Below are positions 37,786-48,020 of a DNA stretch of 64,000 nt, in pieces; positions within the stretch are counted from its first letter, which is position 1, and every line of letters begins with the position of its first letter. A program made the translations under genes and the position numbers. The stretch covers positions 96,001 to 160,000 of the forward strand of contig CAWDDT010000003.1 of the NCBI GenBank assembly GCA_963801165.1, written 5' to 3'. The notes beneath the pieces were generated by a model, which was given only the letters and a program-made list of their open reading frames with translations, was not told the DNA's origin and did no database searches. The stretch comes from an uncultured bacterium (GTDB lineage: Bacteria; Actinomycetota; Acidimicrobiia; Spongiisociales; UBA5794).

Positions 37786-38048
37786 TTGGTGATTGTCGCA
37801 GATGTCCGATGCCGGATAGGCGTTTCGGATATCTTCCTCGCGGCCCGGGTCTCGACCAGAATCCAGGTTGTGGACCAGTTTGTGATCGCAAGAACCCCGA
37901 CGAAGACAGCAGCCTGCCGTTCTTGCTCCGGCTCCCCATAGAGGGTGGTCTGGTGCCTCAAAGCCCCGCGAGGACTCACCGGGTCGAGGGCGGCTGGCCA
38001 CAGAGCATCGAGCCGGAAGGGTGAGCCTCTCGCCTACAATGCCGGAGC

Positions 38049-38095
38049 GGCGATGGAGCTCGCCCCAACTGCCGACGCCGGCTGATGGCTCCTGC
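38049..38095 (+). ncRNA. Fluoride riboswitch upstream of crcB
   Basis: GGCGATGGAGCTCGCC-CC-AACTGCCG-ACGC-CGGCTGATGGCTCCTGC; -10-like TACAAT at 38035-38040. Confidence 0.92.
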
Positions 38096-38118
38096 AAACC
38101 GATAACAGGCAGGAGACC

Positions 38119-38547
38119 ATGCCGGCACGCAGCACCCCAGTTCCACGTCGCTCTCGTCGGCGTTCGGTGCAAGATCTACCGGCTCCCTTAGCGGTGCTCG
38201 GTGGTGGTCTCATCGGGTCGGCGGCGCGGGCCGCCGTCGGCGCCGCATTTCCTGTGGCTGTAGGGGCGTTCCCGGCAACGACCCTCTTGGTGAACCTCGC
38301 GGGGTCGCTATTGCTGGGTCTGTTCCTGGCACGCAGGCAGCGAGCCGTCACCCGGCGTTGGTCGCTGCGCTTCTGGGCTATCGGCGCACTTGGCTCTTTC
38401 ACCACGTTCTCGACGTTCAGTGTCGAGGTGTTCCGTCTTCTCGACAGACAAGCATGGGCATCGGCTTGCGGGTACGTGCTCGCCTCGATCCTCTTCGGCC
38501 TCGGGGCCGCGGTGATCGGGCAGCGCTTGGGGCGGGTGGGGAGATGA
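38119..38547 (+). CDS. crcB: Fluoride channel FluC/CrcB, subunit 1
   Basis: GGLIGSAAR, TLLVNLAGS and GALGSFTTFSTFSVE motifs. Confidence 0.9.
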   Translation: MPARSTPVPRRSRRRSVQDLPAPLAVLGGGLIGSAARAAVGAAFPVAVGAFPATTLLVNLAGSLLLGLFLARRQRAVTRRWSLRFWAIGALGSFTTFSTFSVEVFRLLDRQAWASACGYVLASILFGLGAAVIGQRLGRVGR

Positions 38548-38894
38548 CGGTCTTCGTCGCTGCCCTGACCGGCTCGGTAGGCGCCCTAGCCCGGTATCTG
38601 CTTTCGGGGGCGCTACAGAACCGGAGCCGTACGACATTGCCGATCGGCACGGCCGGGGTGAACCTGCTCGGGGCGTTGCTGCTCGGGCTCATCGTGGGGG
38701 CGAGCGACGGCTCGCTGCTGTGGACGGCGGCAGCCGGTTTCACCGGCGGGCTCAGCACGTTCTCCACATGGATGGTCGAGACGATCGGTCTCGGGATTGT
38801 CCCCAAACCGTCGTTTCGGGCCGTCGCCAACCTCCTCATCGTGGCAACATTGGGCGTGGCGCTGGCCGCGCTCGGGTATCACATCACCAACTGA
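38544..38894 (+). CDS. crcB: Fluoride channel FluC/CrcB, subunit 2
   Basis: GSVGALARY, GTAGVNLLG and GFTGGLSTFSTW motifs; ATGA overlap. Confidence 0.9.
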   Translation: MTVFVAALTGSVGALARYLLSGALQNRSRTTLPIGTAGVNLLGALLLGLIVGASDGSLLWTAAAGFTGGLSTFSTWMVETIGLGIVPKPSFRAVANLLIVATLGVALAALGYHITN

Positions 38895-38908
38895 AAGCGA
38901 GGCGTCCC

Positions 38909-39253
38909 GTGAATCACGAATCCGACAGCCGACTTCTGCGCATCTTCGTTGGTGAGTCCGATACCTACGACGGTCGGCCGCTTTATCAAGCGATCGTCGA
39001 GGTGTTGCGCAAGGAAGGCGTCGCCGGAGCAACCGTCCTGCGGGGGATCGAAGGATTCGGCAAGTCGAGCCATTTGCACACCGCCCACATCCTGCGGCTC
39101 TCGGATGACCTTCCGATGGTGATCGAATGCGTCGACACCTATGAGAAGATCGAGTCGGTGTTCCCGACCCTCGATGCGATGATCGGCGACGGCCTGGTGA
39201 CCATGGAGCGTGTCGACGTTTGGGTCTACCGTGCCGGCGAGAAGCGCCGGTGA
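38909..39253 (+). CDS. DUF190 (PII-like) protein
   Basis: LLRIFVGESD, AGATVLRGIEGFG and LSDDLPMVIE motifs; usual crcB neighbour. Confidence 0.9.
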   Translation: MNHESDSRLLRIFVGESDTYDGRPLYQAIVEVLRKEGVAGATVLRGIEGFGKSSHLHTAHILRLSDDLPMVIECVDTYEKIESVFPTLDAMIGDGLVTMERVDVWVYRAGEKRR

Positions 39254-39328
39254 CCACCCTTTGTTGTTGACGGTAGCTCGAGAGGTCCTATTCGCCGGGA
39301 CACGCCCGGCCGAAGAAGACGCCGGAGG

Positions 39329-39841
39329 CTAGGTCACGTAGCGGCACTCGAGATCGTCGAGGTATGCGAGCGCAGCCGCCGCGTTGTGCTGCCGCCACAA
39401 TTCGAGGTAGTCGTCGGCATCCGGGGTCTCGAGCGCGGTCAAGGTGGGGAGCAGAGCCGCTTTCTGATCTCGGATGAGGTCGACGGGGGAACGTCCGCGA
39501 CGGTGCACCAGAGCAAGCTTCAGAAGGAACACGATGCGAATGTCGCGCACGTGAGCAACAGGCGTGGCGAGCCACCGATCGAGGCGGCGGCGTCCCCGGC
39601 GGGTGATCTTGTGTACGACTCGTTGCGGCCCGGCGTCGCCTTTTTCAGTCGATACCGGCTCGGCATATCCCGCCTCGACCAGGCGGTCGAGGGCCCGGTA
39701 TACGAGGGGCCGCCGCACCCGGAACACCCGGCCCACCTCGCCATCGGCGGCCAGCAGCTTGGAGAGAGCGAATCCGTGACTGGCGCCTTCCCCAAGAACG
39801 CCGAGAACGGCATATTCCGTTGTCGACAAGTTCACGGTCAT
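39329..39841 (-). CDS. PadR-family regulator
   Basis: EYAVLGVL..GASHGFAL, VYRALDRL and ITRRGR...WL motifs. Confidence 0.8.
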   Translation of the reverse strand: MTVNLSTTEYAVLGVLGEGASHGFALSKLLAADGEVGRVFRVRRPLVYRALDRLVEAGYAEPVSTEKGDAGPQRVVHKITRRGRRRLDRWLATPVAHVRDIRIVFLLKLALVHRRGRSPVDLIRDQKAALLPTLTALETPDADDYLELWRQHNAAAALAYLDDLECRYVT

Positions 39842-39976
39842 CCGGCCCTGAGGCTAGCGCTCCGATCGGCCGCACTCACCTGCGGCCGGCTGTGATCGAC
39901 GCGCCGACGCGGCCGGCGGCGGCGCGCAGCACCCACCGGGCATCTCCGGTCCATCGAGCGCCGGATCAGCTGCCGT

Positions 39977-41767
39977 TCATCTGTAGAGCGGCCCGTAGGC
40001 GGCACAAGCTCTGAAGTCCGCACCCTCGGCGTCGGCTGTTCCGAACGCGTTCCACGCAGACGGGCGAAGAAGAAGCTCCTGCGCCACGTTGTGCATGAAG
40101 ACGGGTATGCGGAGCAAGGATGCCAGCGTGATCAGGTCGGCGCCTATGTGGCCGGCGCTGATTGCACCATGGTTGGCACCCCAGGCGTTCATGACGCTCC
40201 AGACGTCCTGGAATGTTCCCGATCCGGTCACCCGAGGGGCAAACCATGTCGTGGGCCACGTCGGATTGGTGCGCTGATCGAGCGTGTCGTGGACCTCGGG
40301 CGGCAACTCGATGGTCCATCCTTCGGCGATTTGCAGGACCGGCCCCAGCCCATGGGCCATGTTGATCCGGCACATGGTGACCGGCATCCCACCACGGGTG
40401 GTGAATCGCGTGGACCAACCACCCCCGCGGAAATACTCGGTGAGCGAGGGATGCCACGTGACCGCCCCCAGGCAAGCGTCGATATCTTCGGGGCTGATCT
40501 CCCAGAATGGCTTGATCGTCGGCGTTCCGTCGTCTGCGGTCGCCCGGCCCGTTGCGTCGAGAGCCGCCGGCCCGGAGTTGAGCAGATGCAGGAAACCTCC
40601 GGCCGCGGTGCCCTCGAGTTGATAGCCGGTGACTCGCTTGACCGCCGCCGGGCTCCAGTACGTGCGCACATCCGCAAAGATCTGTGCCCGGTTGGTCAGC
40701 AGATGGGCGAGGAGCATCGAGGCGCCGTTGAGCGAGTCGTTCTCGGTGGCCGTCACATAGGGGGCGCGTGTGCCGTTCCAGTCGAATGACGTGTTGAGGA
40801 TCGCCTCCATGAAGTCGCCATTGGGCTTGTGGTCGGTCCACTGGCGTTGCCCCTGGAAGCCGGCCGCGATGGCGTTGTGGCCAAGCGCCTCCTCACCAAA
40901 ACCGAGATCGGCGAGCCCGGCGTTGCCGGTCATCAGGTCGCGACCGATCAATGCCATCTTGATCGATGTGTCCCACTCCTCGTCCAGGCGGTCCCGGGAG
41001 CGCCGCTGTTCGGGAGGATTCGGATCGAATCCCTCGGTGCAATTGGCGCGCACCCACTCGCGGGCGCGGGCGAACTCGTCGTGGTCGAATATCCCCAGCT
41101 CGATGCGCCGGTGCACCTCGCTCATGTCGATCGCTTCTACCCTCATCCCGAGGTAATGCTCGAAGAAGGAGTGATCGACGATGCTTCCCGCGATCCCCAT
41201 CGAGGTTCCGCCGATGGAGAGATAAGACGTGCCCTGCATGGTCGCCACTGCAACCCCTGCCCTGGTAAACCGCAGGATCTTGGTGGCGACGTCGTCCGGG
41301 ATGGTCTGGTCGTCGGCGTCCTGAACGTCGTGTCCATAGATGCCCACCGCGGGCAGGCCCTTCTGGGTGTGCGCGGCGAGGACGGCGGCAAGGTATACAG
41401 CTCCCGGTCGCTCGGTACCGTTGAAACCCCAGACAGCCTTGGGTCGGGTGGGATGGGTGTCCATCGTCTCCGATCCGTAACACCACGCCGGTGTGACGGT
41501 GATCGAGAGCCCTACATTGTTTGCGGCGAACTTCGCCTCGGCAGCTGCCGCCTCGGCGACTCGCCCGATGGTGGTGTCGGCGACAACACACTGAACCGGG
41601 TCCCCGTTGGCGTAGCGGACGTTTGAGCTGATCAGGTCCGCGACACTGCGCGCGAGTGCCATCGTCTGATCCTCGAGGGACTCGCGGACACCGCCGAGGC
41701 GACCGTCAATCGTTGGTCGAATGCCTACTGTTGCTGGACTTCCCTGCCAGCGCCACGTTCCATTCAT
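39977..41767 (-). CDS. fucI: L-fucose/D-arabinose isomerase
   Basis: [41 protein letters not shown] and WGANHG motifs. Confidence 0.95.
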   Translation of the reverse strand: MNGTWRWQGSPATVGIRPTIDGRLGGVRESLEDQTMALARSVADLISSNVRYANGDPVQCVVADTTIGRVAEAAAAEAKFAANNVGLSITVTPAWCYGSETMDTHPTRPKAVWGFNGTERPGAVYLAAVLAAHTQKGLPAVGIYGHDVQDADDQTIPDDVATKILRFTRAGVAVATMQGTSYLSIGGTSMGIAGSIVDHSFFEHYLGMRVEAIDMSEVHRRIELGIFDHDEFARAREWVRANCTEGFDPNPPEQRRSRDRLDEEWDTSIKMALIGRDLMTGNAGLADLGFGEEALGHNAIAAGFQGQRQWTDHKPNGDFMEAILNTSFDWNGTRAPYVTATENDSLNGASMLLAHLLTNRAQIFADVRTYWSPAAVKRVTGYQLEGTAAGGFLHLLNSGPAALDATGRATADDGTPTIKPFWEISPEDIDACLGAVTWHPSLTEYFRGGGWSTRFTTRGGMPVTMCRINMAHGLGPVLQIAEGWTIELPPEVHDTLDQRTNPTWPTTWFAPRVTGSGTFQDVWSVMNAWGANHGAISAGHIGADLITLASLLRIPVFMHNVAQELLLRPSAWNAFGTADAEGADFRACAAYGPLYR

Positions 41768-41831
41768 GATGCTCCCTCGCTTTCGTCCTCAGTGCCCGGT
41801 TGAGCAGTTGGCGTCTTCTGTTTTGGTGAAC

Positions 41832-43322
41832 TCACGGTTTGATCGACTCCAATCGTTGCGCTGCCTCGTCCCAGCGCGGGTCGACGGCCGGCATGAAGAC
41901 ATGTTCGTCATACGAGTCCGCCAATACTTGCAGACCCTCCTCGAGACTGGAGATGCGCCCCGATGCCTGCATTTGGATCAGGGCGTTGCCCAGGGACGTC
42001 GCTTCAGGATGACCTGCTGTTACGGGTACCATCGTGGCCGACGCGGTCAGCTCATCGAGCAGCCGGTTTCGTGAGCCACCGCCGACCACCCGGATGCCGC
42101 CAATGGGACTACCGAGTATTCGCTCCAGGGTTCGGTGGGTGGCGCGGAACTTCAGAGCGAGGCTCTCGAGGATCACGCGAGTGGTCTCGCCGCGGTTCTC
42201 TGGAGCTTCTTGCTGGGTCTCCCGGCAATACTCCTTGATCTTCTCGGGCATGTCACCGGGCGAGGCAAACCGGGGATCTTCGGTGTCGATCACCGCACCA
42301 AATGCGGGCGCCTGCTCGGCTTCTACGACCAAAGTGGAGAAATCCAGCCTGTCCTGTGGAGTCTCCCAAGAGCGCAGGCACTGCTGTAGGAGCCAGAACC
42401 CGGTCAGATTGCGCAGAGTCCGCACTCGCCCGTCCGCCGCGATCTCGTTGGTGAGGCCGGCGTCGAAAGCGTCGCTACCCGTGTGGGGCGTGGGCCCCTG
42501 GACGCCCAACAGTGCCCACGTGCCGGAGCTGAGGATTGCTTCGCCATCCCGGGCGCCTGAGCCGGCGAACGCCGATGCGGTGTCATGACCGGCGACCGCC
42601 ACTACGGAGATGGGAACGCCGGCAGTCGTCGCGATCGGGCTGCCTGCCCCGGCGACGATCGTGCCGGGCGCTACCGGATCGCGGAAAAGTTCAGCAGGAA
42701 CACCGATATCGACGAGTTCTGACCGCAACCATTTGTGAGATCGGATGTCGAGCATCTGCGTCGTGCTGGCGATGGTTAGCTCGGTCACGGGCACCCCGCT
42801 GAGATGGAAACCGACCAGATCGGATATGAGGAGGGCCTGGGCGGCACGGTCGAGCAGCCCCCTCTCATGCTCGGCAGCCCAGGCGAGTTGGAACAACGTG
42901 TTGATTTGCATCGTGGCGACGCCTGTCATGCGATACCAGTCGCGCTCGTCAACCCGGCTGAATATGCGGGTGGGCATCGCCGCGACACGGCTGTCGCGGT
43001 AGGAGTAGGGTTGCGCCAGCAGGTGTCCCGCGGAGTCGATCAGCCCGAAATCGACGCCCCACCCGGCAACGCCCACGGATACGAGCGACCGCCCATATGA
43101 GCCAACGGCTCGCCCGATGCCATCCTGGACACGATCGACCAGCCGGGCGATGTCCCACCTGAGAGAGTTGCCATCGGACACGGGATGATTGGGGAACCGC
43201 ACGACCTCCTCCAGTTCCACCCGCGTGCCGTCGAACTGTGCAGCCATGACGCGCCCACCGGACGCTCCGAGATCGACACACAGAAAGACATCCCCGTCGC
43301 CGGTCTGGCGTCTCTCAGCCAA
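41832..43322 (-). CDS. Rhamnulokinase/fuculokinase-family kinase (FGGY)
   Basis: VDLGASGGR, WGVDFGL, INTLFQL, HDTASA, SSGTWAL and VGGGSRN motifs. Confidence 0.85.
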   Translation of the reverse strand: MAERRQTGDGDVFLCVDLGASGGRVMAAQFDGTRVELEEVVRFPNHPVSDGNSLRWDIARLVDRVQDGIGRAVGSYGRSLVSVGVAGWGVDFGLIDSAGHLLAQPYSYRDSRVAAMPTRIFSRVDERDWYRMTGVATMQINTLFQLAWAAEHERGLLDRAAQALLISDLVGFHLSGVPVTELTIASTTQMLDIRSHKWLRSELVDIGVPAELFRDPVAPGTIVAGAGSPIATTAGVPISVVAVAGHDTASAFAGSGARDGEAILSSGTWALLGVQGPTPHTGSDAFDAGLTNEIAADGRVRTLRNLTGFWLLQQCLRSWETPQDRLDFSTLVVEAEQAPAFGAVIDTEDPRFASPGDMPEKIKEYCRETQQEAPENRGETTRVILESLALKFRATHRTLERILGSPIGGIRVVGGGSRNRLLDELTASATMVPVTAGHPEATSLGNALIQMQASGRISSLEEGLQVLADSYDEHVFMPAVDPRWDEAAQRLESIKP

Positions 43323-43360
43323 TTGCGCACGTCCTTCAGTTCAGGGCTCGGTACATGGCA

Positions 43361-43801
43361 TCAACCTTCGAGGATCGGCGTGACGCCCTTGGTGAGCATC
43401 AGGTTGGCGTACTTCACAACCGACCCGGTGCGGACGATGGCAAAGCTGGTGGACGCCTCTTCATAGAACGCAAAACGCTCGACATAGCGGATGTGCGCCC
43501 GATCCGGCTGAGATCTGCGAACGATTGTCTCGTAGGACGAGGCCACTTCGGGATCGAGCTCGTCACCGGGAACCGCCTCCATCATGGTGAGCGGTGCGTC
43601 CGTGTACTGGTCGAGTGTGAACAAGGGGAGAATCGCGGCCAGCAGATCCGTCGTCTTGAGTCCCGACGCGGCTATCACAGGAAGGCCGAACCTGTAGGCG
43701 GGAAAGAACGCGTCCGCGAGGACGATGCGGTCTCCGTGGCCCATGCGGTGCAACGTGACCAGCAAGTCGGAGGAGATAAGCGGCGAAATACCCTTGAGCA
43801 T
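43361..43801 (-). CDS. fucU: L-fucose mutarotase (RbsD/FucU family)
   Basis: MLKGISP, MGHGDRIVLAD, ERFAFY and YANLMLTKGV motifs. Confidence 0.9.
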   Translation of the reverse strand: MLKGISPLISSDLLVTLHRMGHGDRIVLADAFFPAYRFGLPVIAASGLKTTDLLAAILPLFTLDQYTDAPLTMMEAVPGDELDPEVASSYETIVRRSQPDRAHIRYVERFAFYEEASTSFAIVRTGSVVKYANLMLTKGVTPILEG

Positions 43802-43805
43802 CTGG

Positions 43806-44864
43806 CTACGTCCCTTCTAGGTTGCGAATCTCGCCCGAGCCCCGGGGCAGGAGTGTCACCTCCTGAACCCGGATCTCCGGAGGGCCGGTGTACCCCTCGA
43901 GTCGTCGGAACAGCATCTCGGCTGCGATCCGACCGAGTTCTTCCGGATCCTGCCGGATCACCGTCAACGCTGGCTCTACGACATCGGCGAGCTCGATGTC
44001 GGCGAAGCCGACAGCCGCCACCTGCTGCGCCAAACCAAGCTCATGGAGTGCCCGGATCAGACCGGTCGACGAGAAGTTGTGTGAGGCGAAGACCGCGGTT
44101 GGAGGCTCGGGGAGTGACATGAGGCGTCGTGCCGCCGTTACCCCGAGCGCCGGCGTGTCTACTCCCTGAATGACAAGCGTCGGGTCGAGCGCGATACCGG
44201 CCTTCTCCAGGGCTTCGGTATAGCCGCGAAGACGTTCGCCTGCTGAGTAATACGAGGAGGGGTCGGAATGGCAGAGGAATCCCAGCCGCCTGTGACCATG
44301 GTCGAGCAGATGGTTGGTGGCGGCAACCGCACCGCCGAAGTGATCGTGCAGCACCACATCCCCGATCAGCTTGGAGGGCATCAGATCGACGAAGACCACC
44401 GGTGTGCCGTGCTGAGTCACCTCGGTCTCCAGGAGATCGAGCTCCGAACCGGCGGGAATCATGATCAGGCCGTCGACCCGGCGCGAGATGAAGGCACCGA
44501 TCGTCTCGTTCTGACGTTTGTTGTCGGCATATGAACTGGCCGTCAGTACGAGGACCTCCTTGTCCCTGGTGACATCCTCGATGCCGCGAAACACCATCGC
44601 AAAGAATGGATTTCCCACATCCACCTGGACAAAGCCGATCGTGCGAGTCCCGGCCGATGGGCTACGGAGAGCGGCGGCCGCGTGGTGCGGCCGGTAGTCG
44701 AGCCGTTCGATCGCATTCGTGACGCGCTTGAGCAGCGCCGGGCTCACACCGTCTTCGTTGTTGATGACCCTGGAGACGGTTGTGACACTGGTACCGGCCT
44801 CCTTGGCGACATCGCGCAACGTGGGTCGCCGATTTGGGGGATTGTTGATGCTCCGCATGGTCAT
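43806..44864 (-). CDS. LacI-family regulator (start 44858-44912)
   Basis: TLRDVAKEAGTSVTTVSRVIN, NPFF and PTAVFA motifs. Confidence 0.9.
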   Translation of the reverse strand: MTMRSINNPPNRRPTLRDVAKEAGTSVTTVSRVINNEDGVSPALLKRVTNAIERLDYRPHHAAAALRSPSAGTRTIGFVQVDVGNPFFAMVFRGIEDVTRDKEVLVLTASSYADNKRQNETIGAFISRRVDGLIMIPAGSELDLLETEVTQHGTPVVFVDLMPSKLIGDVVLHDHFGGAVAATNHLLDHGHRRLGFLCHSDPSSYYSAGERLRGYTEALEKAGIALDPTLVIQGVDTPALGVTAARRLMSLPEPPTAVFASHNFSSTGLIRALHELGLAQQVAAVGFADIELADVVEPALTVIRQDPEELGRIAAEMLFRRLEGYTGPPEIRVQEVTLLPRGSGEIRNLEGT

Positions 44865-44865
44865 G

Positions 44866-44895
44866 TGAATTGTCTCGTGTTGAATTGTCTCGTGT
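44866..44895. repeat. 15-bp tandem duplication TGAATTGTCTCGTGT x2 at the lacI 5' end
   Basis: tgaattgtctcgtgt tgaattgtctcgtgt. Confidence 0.8.
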
Positions 44896-44919
44896 TTTGG
44901 AAACGTAGTCAAAACAATG

Positions 44920-45016
44920 TCGGAACGTTACCATAGATCACCCCGAGACGGCTGTAAATAGAGGATGGTATCGTTACCAGGAGGGCTTGACAACGTTACC
45001 AGAAAGCCGTTATCGT
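44920..45016. promoter_or_regulatory. Three LacI-type operators (consensus TGGTAACGTTACCA) and the promoter of the ABC operon
   Basis: TCGGAACGTTACCA 44920-44933, TGGTATCGTTACCA 44966-44979, TGACAACGTTACCA 44988-45001; -35 TTGACA 44987, -10 TATCGT 45011. Confidence 0.75.
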
Positions 45017-45092
45017 CGGCGGCATGCGCCGCACGATTCGGCGGCGTAGTCGATTGGGGTAACGCAAGTAGTTCCCGGAGGAGGAGGAAACG

Positions 45093-46688
45093 ATGAAGGC
45101 AAGAGCCGGATGGATTACGAGGTTCTCCATCCTTATGGCGGTCCTGGCGCTAGTCGCCGTGGCCTGCGGCAGTACATCGGAGACGACAACAACTCAGGCG
45201 CCGTCGGGTGAAACCACCACTGCGGCACCTGGTGAAACCACCACAGCGGCGCCGGGTGAAACCACCACTGCTGCGCCGGCCGGCATGCAGTTCGAAGGCG
45301 TAAACGTAGAGCTCCTCACTTTCGAGGGTCCACAGATTGCCGAGCCACTCATCCGGCGGGCCCCGGACTTCGAGGCGCTGACGGGTGCCCATGTGAACGT
45401 GACGACCGTGCCGAACGCTGACCTGTACAACAGCATCCTGACCGATGCAGCGACCGGCACCAACAGCTACGACGCGTGGGTTTTCGCCCCGCAGTGGATT
45501 GTCGACTTTGCAGTCCCCGGGTACATCGAGGACTTGACCGATCGGGTCGCCAATGACCCGTCGATCCAGTGGGACGACATCGCCCCGTTCTTCCGGAACT
45601 TCTCGGCGACGTACGAGGGCACGATCAGGACGATTCCGTTGGACGGCGACTTCCACATGGTGTACTACCGCTCGGACGTGCTTGCCGACAATGGCCTGCA
45701 GCCGCCCAAGACCTGGGATGACTATCTGGCTATCGCCAAGGCGGTCAACGGACAGGACATGAACGGCGACGGTGAGCCGGACTACGGCAGCTGCATCTCG
45801 AAAGCCCGTGGCCAGCAGTCGTACTGGTGGATCATCTCCATCGCCGCTCCCTACATTCAGAGCCAGGGAACGGGCGCTGGCACGTTCTTCAACTTGGATG
45901 ACATGACCCCGCTCGTCGACAACGAGGGTTTCATCCGTGCTCTGAACGTCTACAAGGAGACCGGACTCTATGGGCCGCCCGATGAGACCAACCTCGGCGT
46001 TGGCGACACCCGTGGCCTGTTCACGTCGGGGCGGTGTGCCTTGTCGCTGGACTGGGGCGACATCGGTACCCTGGCAATCGATCCGGCGAACTCCGTCGTG
46101 GCCGATACCTTCGGCGCTGTGATCACACCGGGGTCAACCAAGGTCATCGACGCCAGCGGGACGTTGGTCGACTGCGATGCCACCACCTGCCCCTATGCGG
46201 TTGACGGCGTGAACTTCGCACCGTTTGCTTCGTTCGGCGGCTGGTCCGGAGGCATCAACGCGGCAGCCGATCCAACGGTCAAGGATGCTGCCTATGCATT
46301 CTTCTCCTACATGTCGGCACCAGCACAGTCCAATCAGGATGTCACCAACGGGGTGACCGGGTTCAATCCGTACCGGACATCCCAGTTCGAGGACAACAGC
46401 CTGTGGCTGCAGGCCGGCATGAGCCAGACGGCAGCGGACTCCTACCTGGGGGCCATCAAGGACAGCCTGTCCAACCCGAACATGGTGCTGGACATCAGGA
46501 TCCCGCAGAACCAGAGATACGAACAGAACATCCTCGATACGGTGCTGTCGCAGTACATCGCCGGTGAGCTCTCGGCGGAGGAAACGGCCACCGAGATCTA
46601 CAACCAATGGGAAGAAGTGACCAACGAGCTCGGGCGCGATAGCCAGTTGGCGGCGTACAAGGCCACCCTCGGCATCAGCACCAAGTAA
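45093..46688 (+). CDS. Carbohydrate ABC substrate-binding lipoprotein (CUT1 type)
   Basis: Lipobox AVAC, GETTTAAP x3 linker, IPLDGD, YYRSD and FGGWSG. Confidence 0.85.
   Translation: MKARAGWITRFSILMAVLALVAVACGSTSETTTTQAPSGETTTAAPGETTTAAPGETTTAAPAGMQFEGVNVELLTFEGPQIAEPLIRRAPDFEALTGAHVNVTTVPNADLYNSILTDAATGTNSYDAWVFAPQWIVDFAVPGYIEDLTDRVANDPSIQWDDIAPFFRNFSATYEGTIRTIPLDGDFHMVYYRSDVLADNGLQPPKTWDDYLAIAKAVNGQDMNGDGEPDYGSCISKARGQQSYWWIISIAAPYIQSQGTGAGTFFNLDDMTPLVDNEGFIRALNVYKETGLYGPPDETNLGVGDTRGLFTSGRCALSLDWGDIGTLAIDPANSVVADTFGAVITPGSTKVIDASGTLVDCDATTCPYAVDGVNFAPFASFGGWSGGINAAADPTVKDAAYAFFSYMSAPAQSNQDVTNGVTGFNPYRTSQFEDNSLWLQAGMSQTAADSYLGAIKDSLSNPNMVLDIRIPQNQRYEQNILDTVLSQYIAGELSAEETATEIYNQWEEVTNELGRDSQLAAYKATLGISTK
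45207..45278 (+). repeat. In-frame 24-bp repeat encoding GETTTAAP x3
   Basis: ggtgaaaccaccac at 45207, 45231 and 45255. Confidence 0.8.
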
Positions 46689-46699
46689 ATCCCCCGAGG

Positions 46700-46814
46700 G
46701 CGTGCTGATTCCGACAGCACGCTTGGCAACGGTGGTGAGGTCGCAAGACCTCACCACCGCCTCCTCCGCGGTAGCGTGGAAAACGACCCAGAGGCGAGTC
46801 AGGCGAGCTGACTC
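46700..46814 (+). terminator. Three hairpins between the binding-protein and permease genes (attenuator or mRNA stabiliser)
   Basis: GCGTGCTG..CAGCACGC at 46700-46722; CGGTGGTGAGGTC-GCAA-GACCTCACCACCG at 46730-46759; GAGTCAG..CTGACTC at 46796-46814. Confidence 0.6.
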
Positions 46815-46840
46815 CCGAAGCAAGGCAGTGGAAGAAGGCG

Positions 46841-48013
46841 ATGTCCCTAACGAAAGAGCGAACCGACCACAAGTCATCTGCATCTGGTGATCGAGAGTTC
46901 GAGCTCTTTCCGCATGAGGCGGCGACCCGCAGGTGGGTGTTGTCCCCTGCCGTAGTGCTGGTAATCCTGTTGAGCGTGTTTCCGCTGATTATCTCGGCGT
47001 ATCTCGCCTTTTCGCGTTTCAAGTTTGTTGCCGGCGGCTTCGAGATCGTCTGGATCGGACTGGGCAACTTCAGAAAGCTCCTGACCGGCAGCCAAAGTCG
47101 GCGGTTTCTTGGTGCCGCGGCTCCGATGCCCTGGTGGGGCTGGGCTCTGCTGGCGGCTTTCGTTGGTGGCATGGTCTTCGATTGGATCCGTGCGCTTCGT
47201 CGATCGGCGGGTCGGGTCTCGGCGGCCGCCCGGGTCCGGATCTCGGCGGCTCGACTGGTGACAACCATCATCGGGGCGGTGCTTCTCGCGCTGGTGATCC
47301 GCACGTTGCAGCCCGGAGGCTTCCCCGGCACTGTGGTAGTGACCCTCGTCTTTGTCGTAGTCGGTGTGTTCTTTCAATACCTGATCGGCTTGAGTCTGGC
47401 CTTGGCTGCATCGCAGCGGTTGCGCGGCAAGAGGTTCTTCCGCACGGTCTTTCTCATCCCGATGACGATTACACCGGTGGGTGCCGCCTATGTGTTCCGG
47501 ATGATCTCCGACACCGGCAAGGGCCCGCTTGAGCCGCTGTGGGCGCTCATATTCGGTAGGGGGGAGTTCACGTGGGTGCAGAGTCCATGGGGGGCCAGGA
47601 TCGCCATCATCATTGCGGACACCTGGCAATGGACACCTTTCATGTTCATCATCCTGCTTGCAGCCGTCGAAGGCGTCCCGGATTCGCTGCTCGAAGCCGC
47701 CAAGGTCGACGGGGCCGGCGTGTGGGAGCAATTCCGCAAGATCACATTCCCGCTCATCCTGCCGGTGTCGCTCACACTCATCCTCATTCGATTCATCGAG
47801 GCATTCAAGATCATCGATCTTCCCCAGGTGCTGACTGGGGGTGGGCCGGGAACGGCCACTGAGTCGCTGGCCCTCCAGGCCGTGTACGAATGGCGAGGGA
47901 TCAACCTCGGGGGTTCGGCCGCGATCTCCTACGCCCTTCTCGTGCTCACCACCTTCTTTGGCCTCGTGCTCGTGACCGTGGGACGTCGTCGCGCCCTGGC
48001 GCAGATTGGTTGA
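46841..48013 (+). CDS. Carbohydrate ABC permease
   Basis: DTWQWTPF, EAAKVDGA (EAA loop) and GGGPGTATE motifs. Confidence 0.9.
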   Translation: MSLTKERTDHKSSASGDREFELFPHEAATRRWVLSPAVVLVILLSVFPLIISAYLAFSRFKFVAGGFEIVWIGLGNFRKLLTGSQSRRFLGAAAPMPWWGWALLAAFVGGMVFDWIRALRRSAGRVSAAARVRISAARLVTTIIGAVLLALVIRTLQPGGFPGTVVVTLVFVVVGVFFQYLIGLSLALAASQRLRGKRFFRTVFLIPMTITPVGAAYVFRMISDTGKGPLEPLWALIFGRGEFTWVQSPWGARIAIIIADTWQWTPFMFIILLAAVEGVPDSLLEAAKVDGAGVWEQFRKITFPLILPVSLTLILIRFIEAFKIIDLPQVLTGGGPGTATESLALQAVYEWRGINLGGSAAISYALLVLTTFFGLVLVTVGRRRALAQIG

Positions 48014-48020
48014 GAGGACT

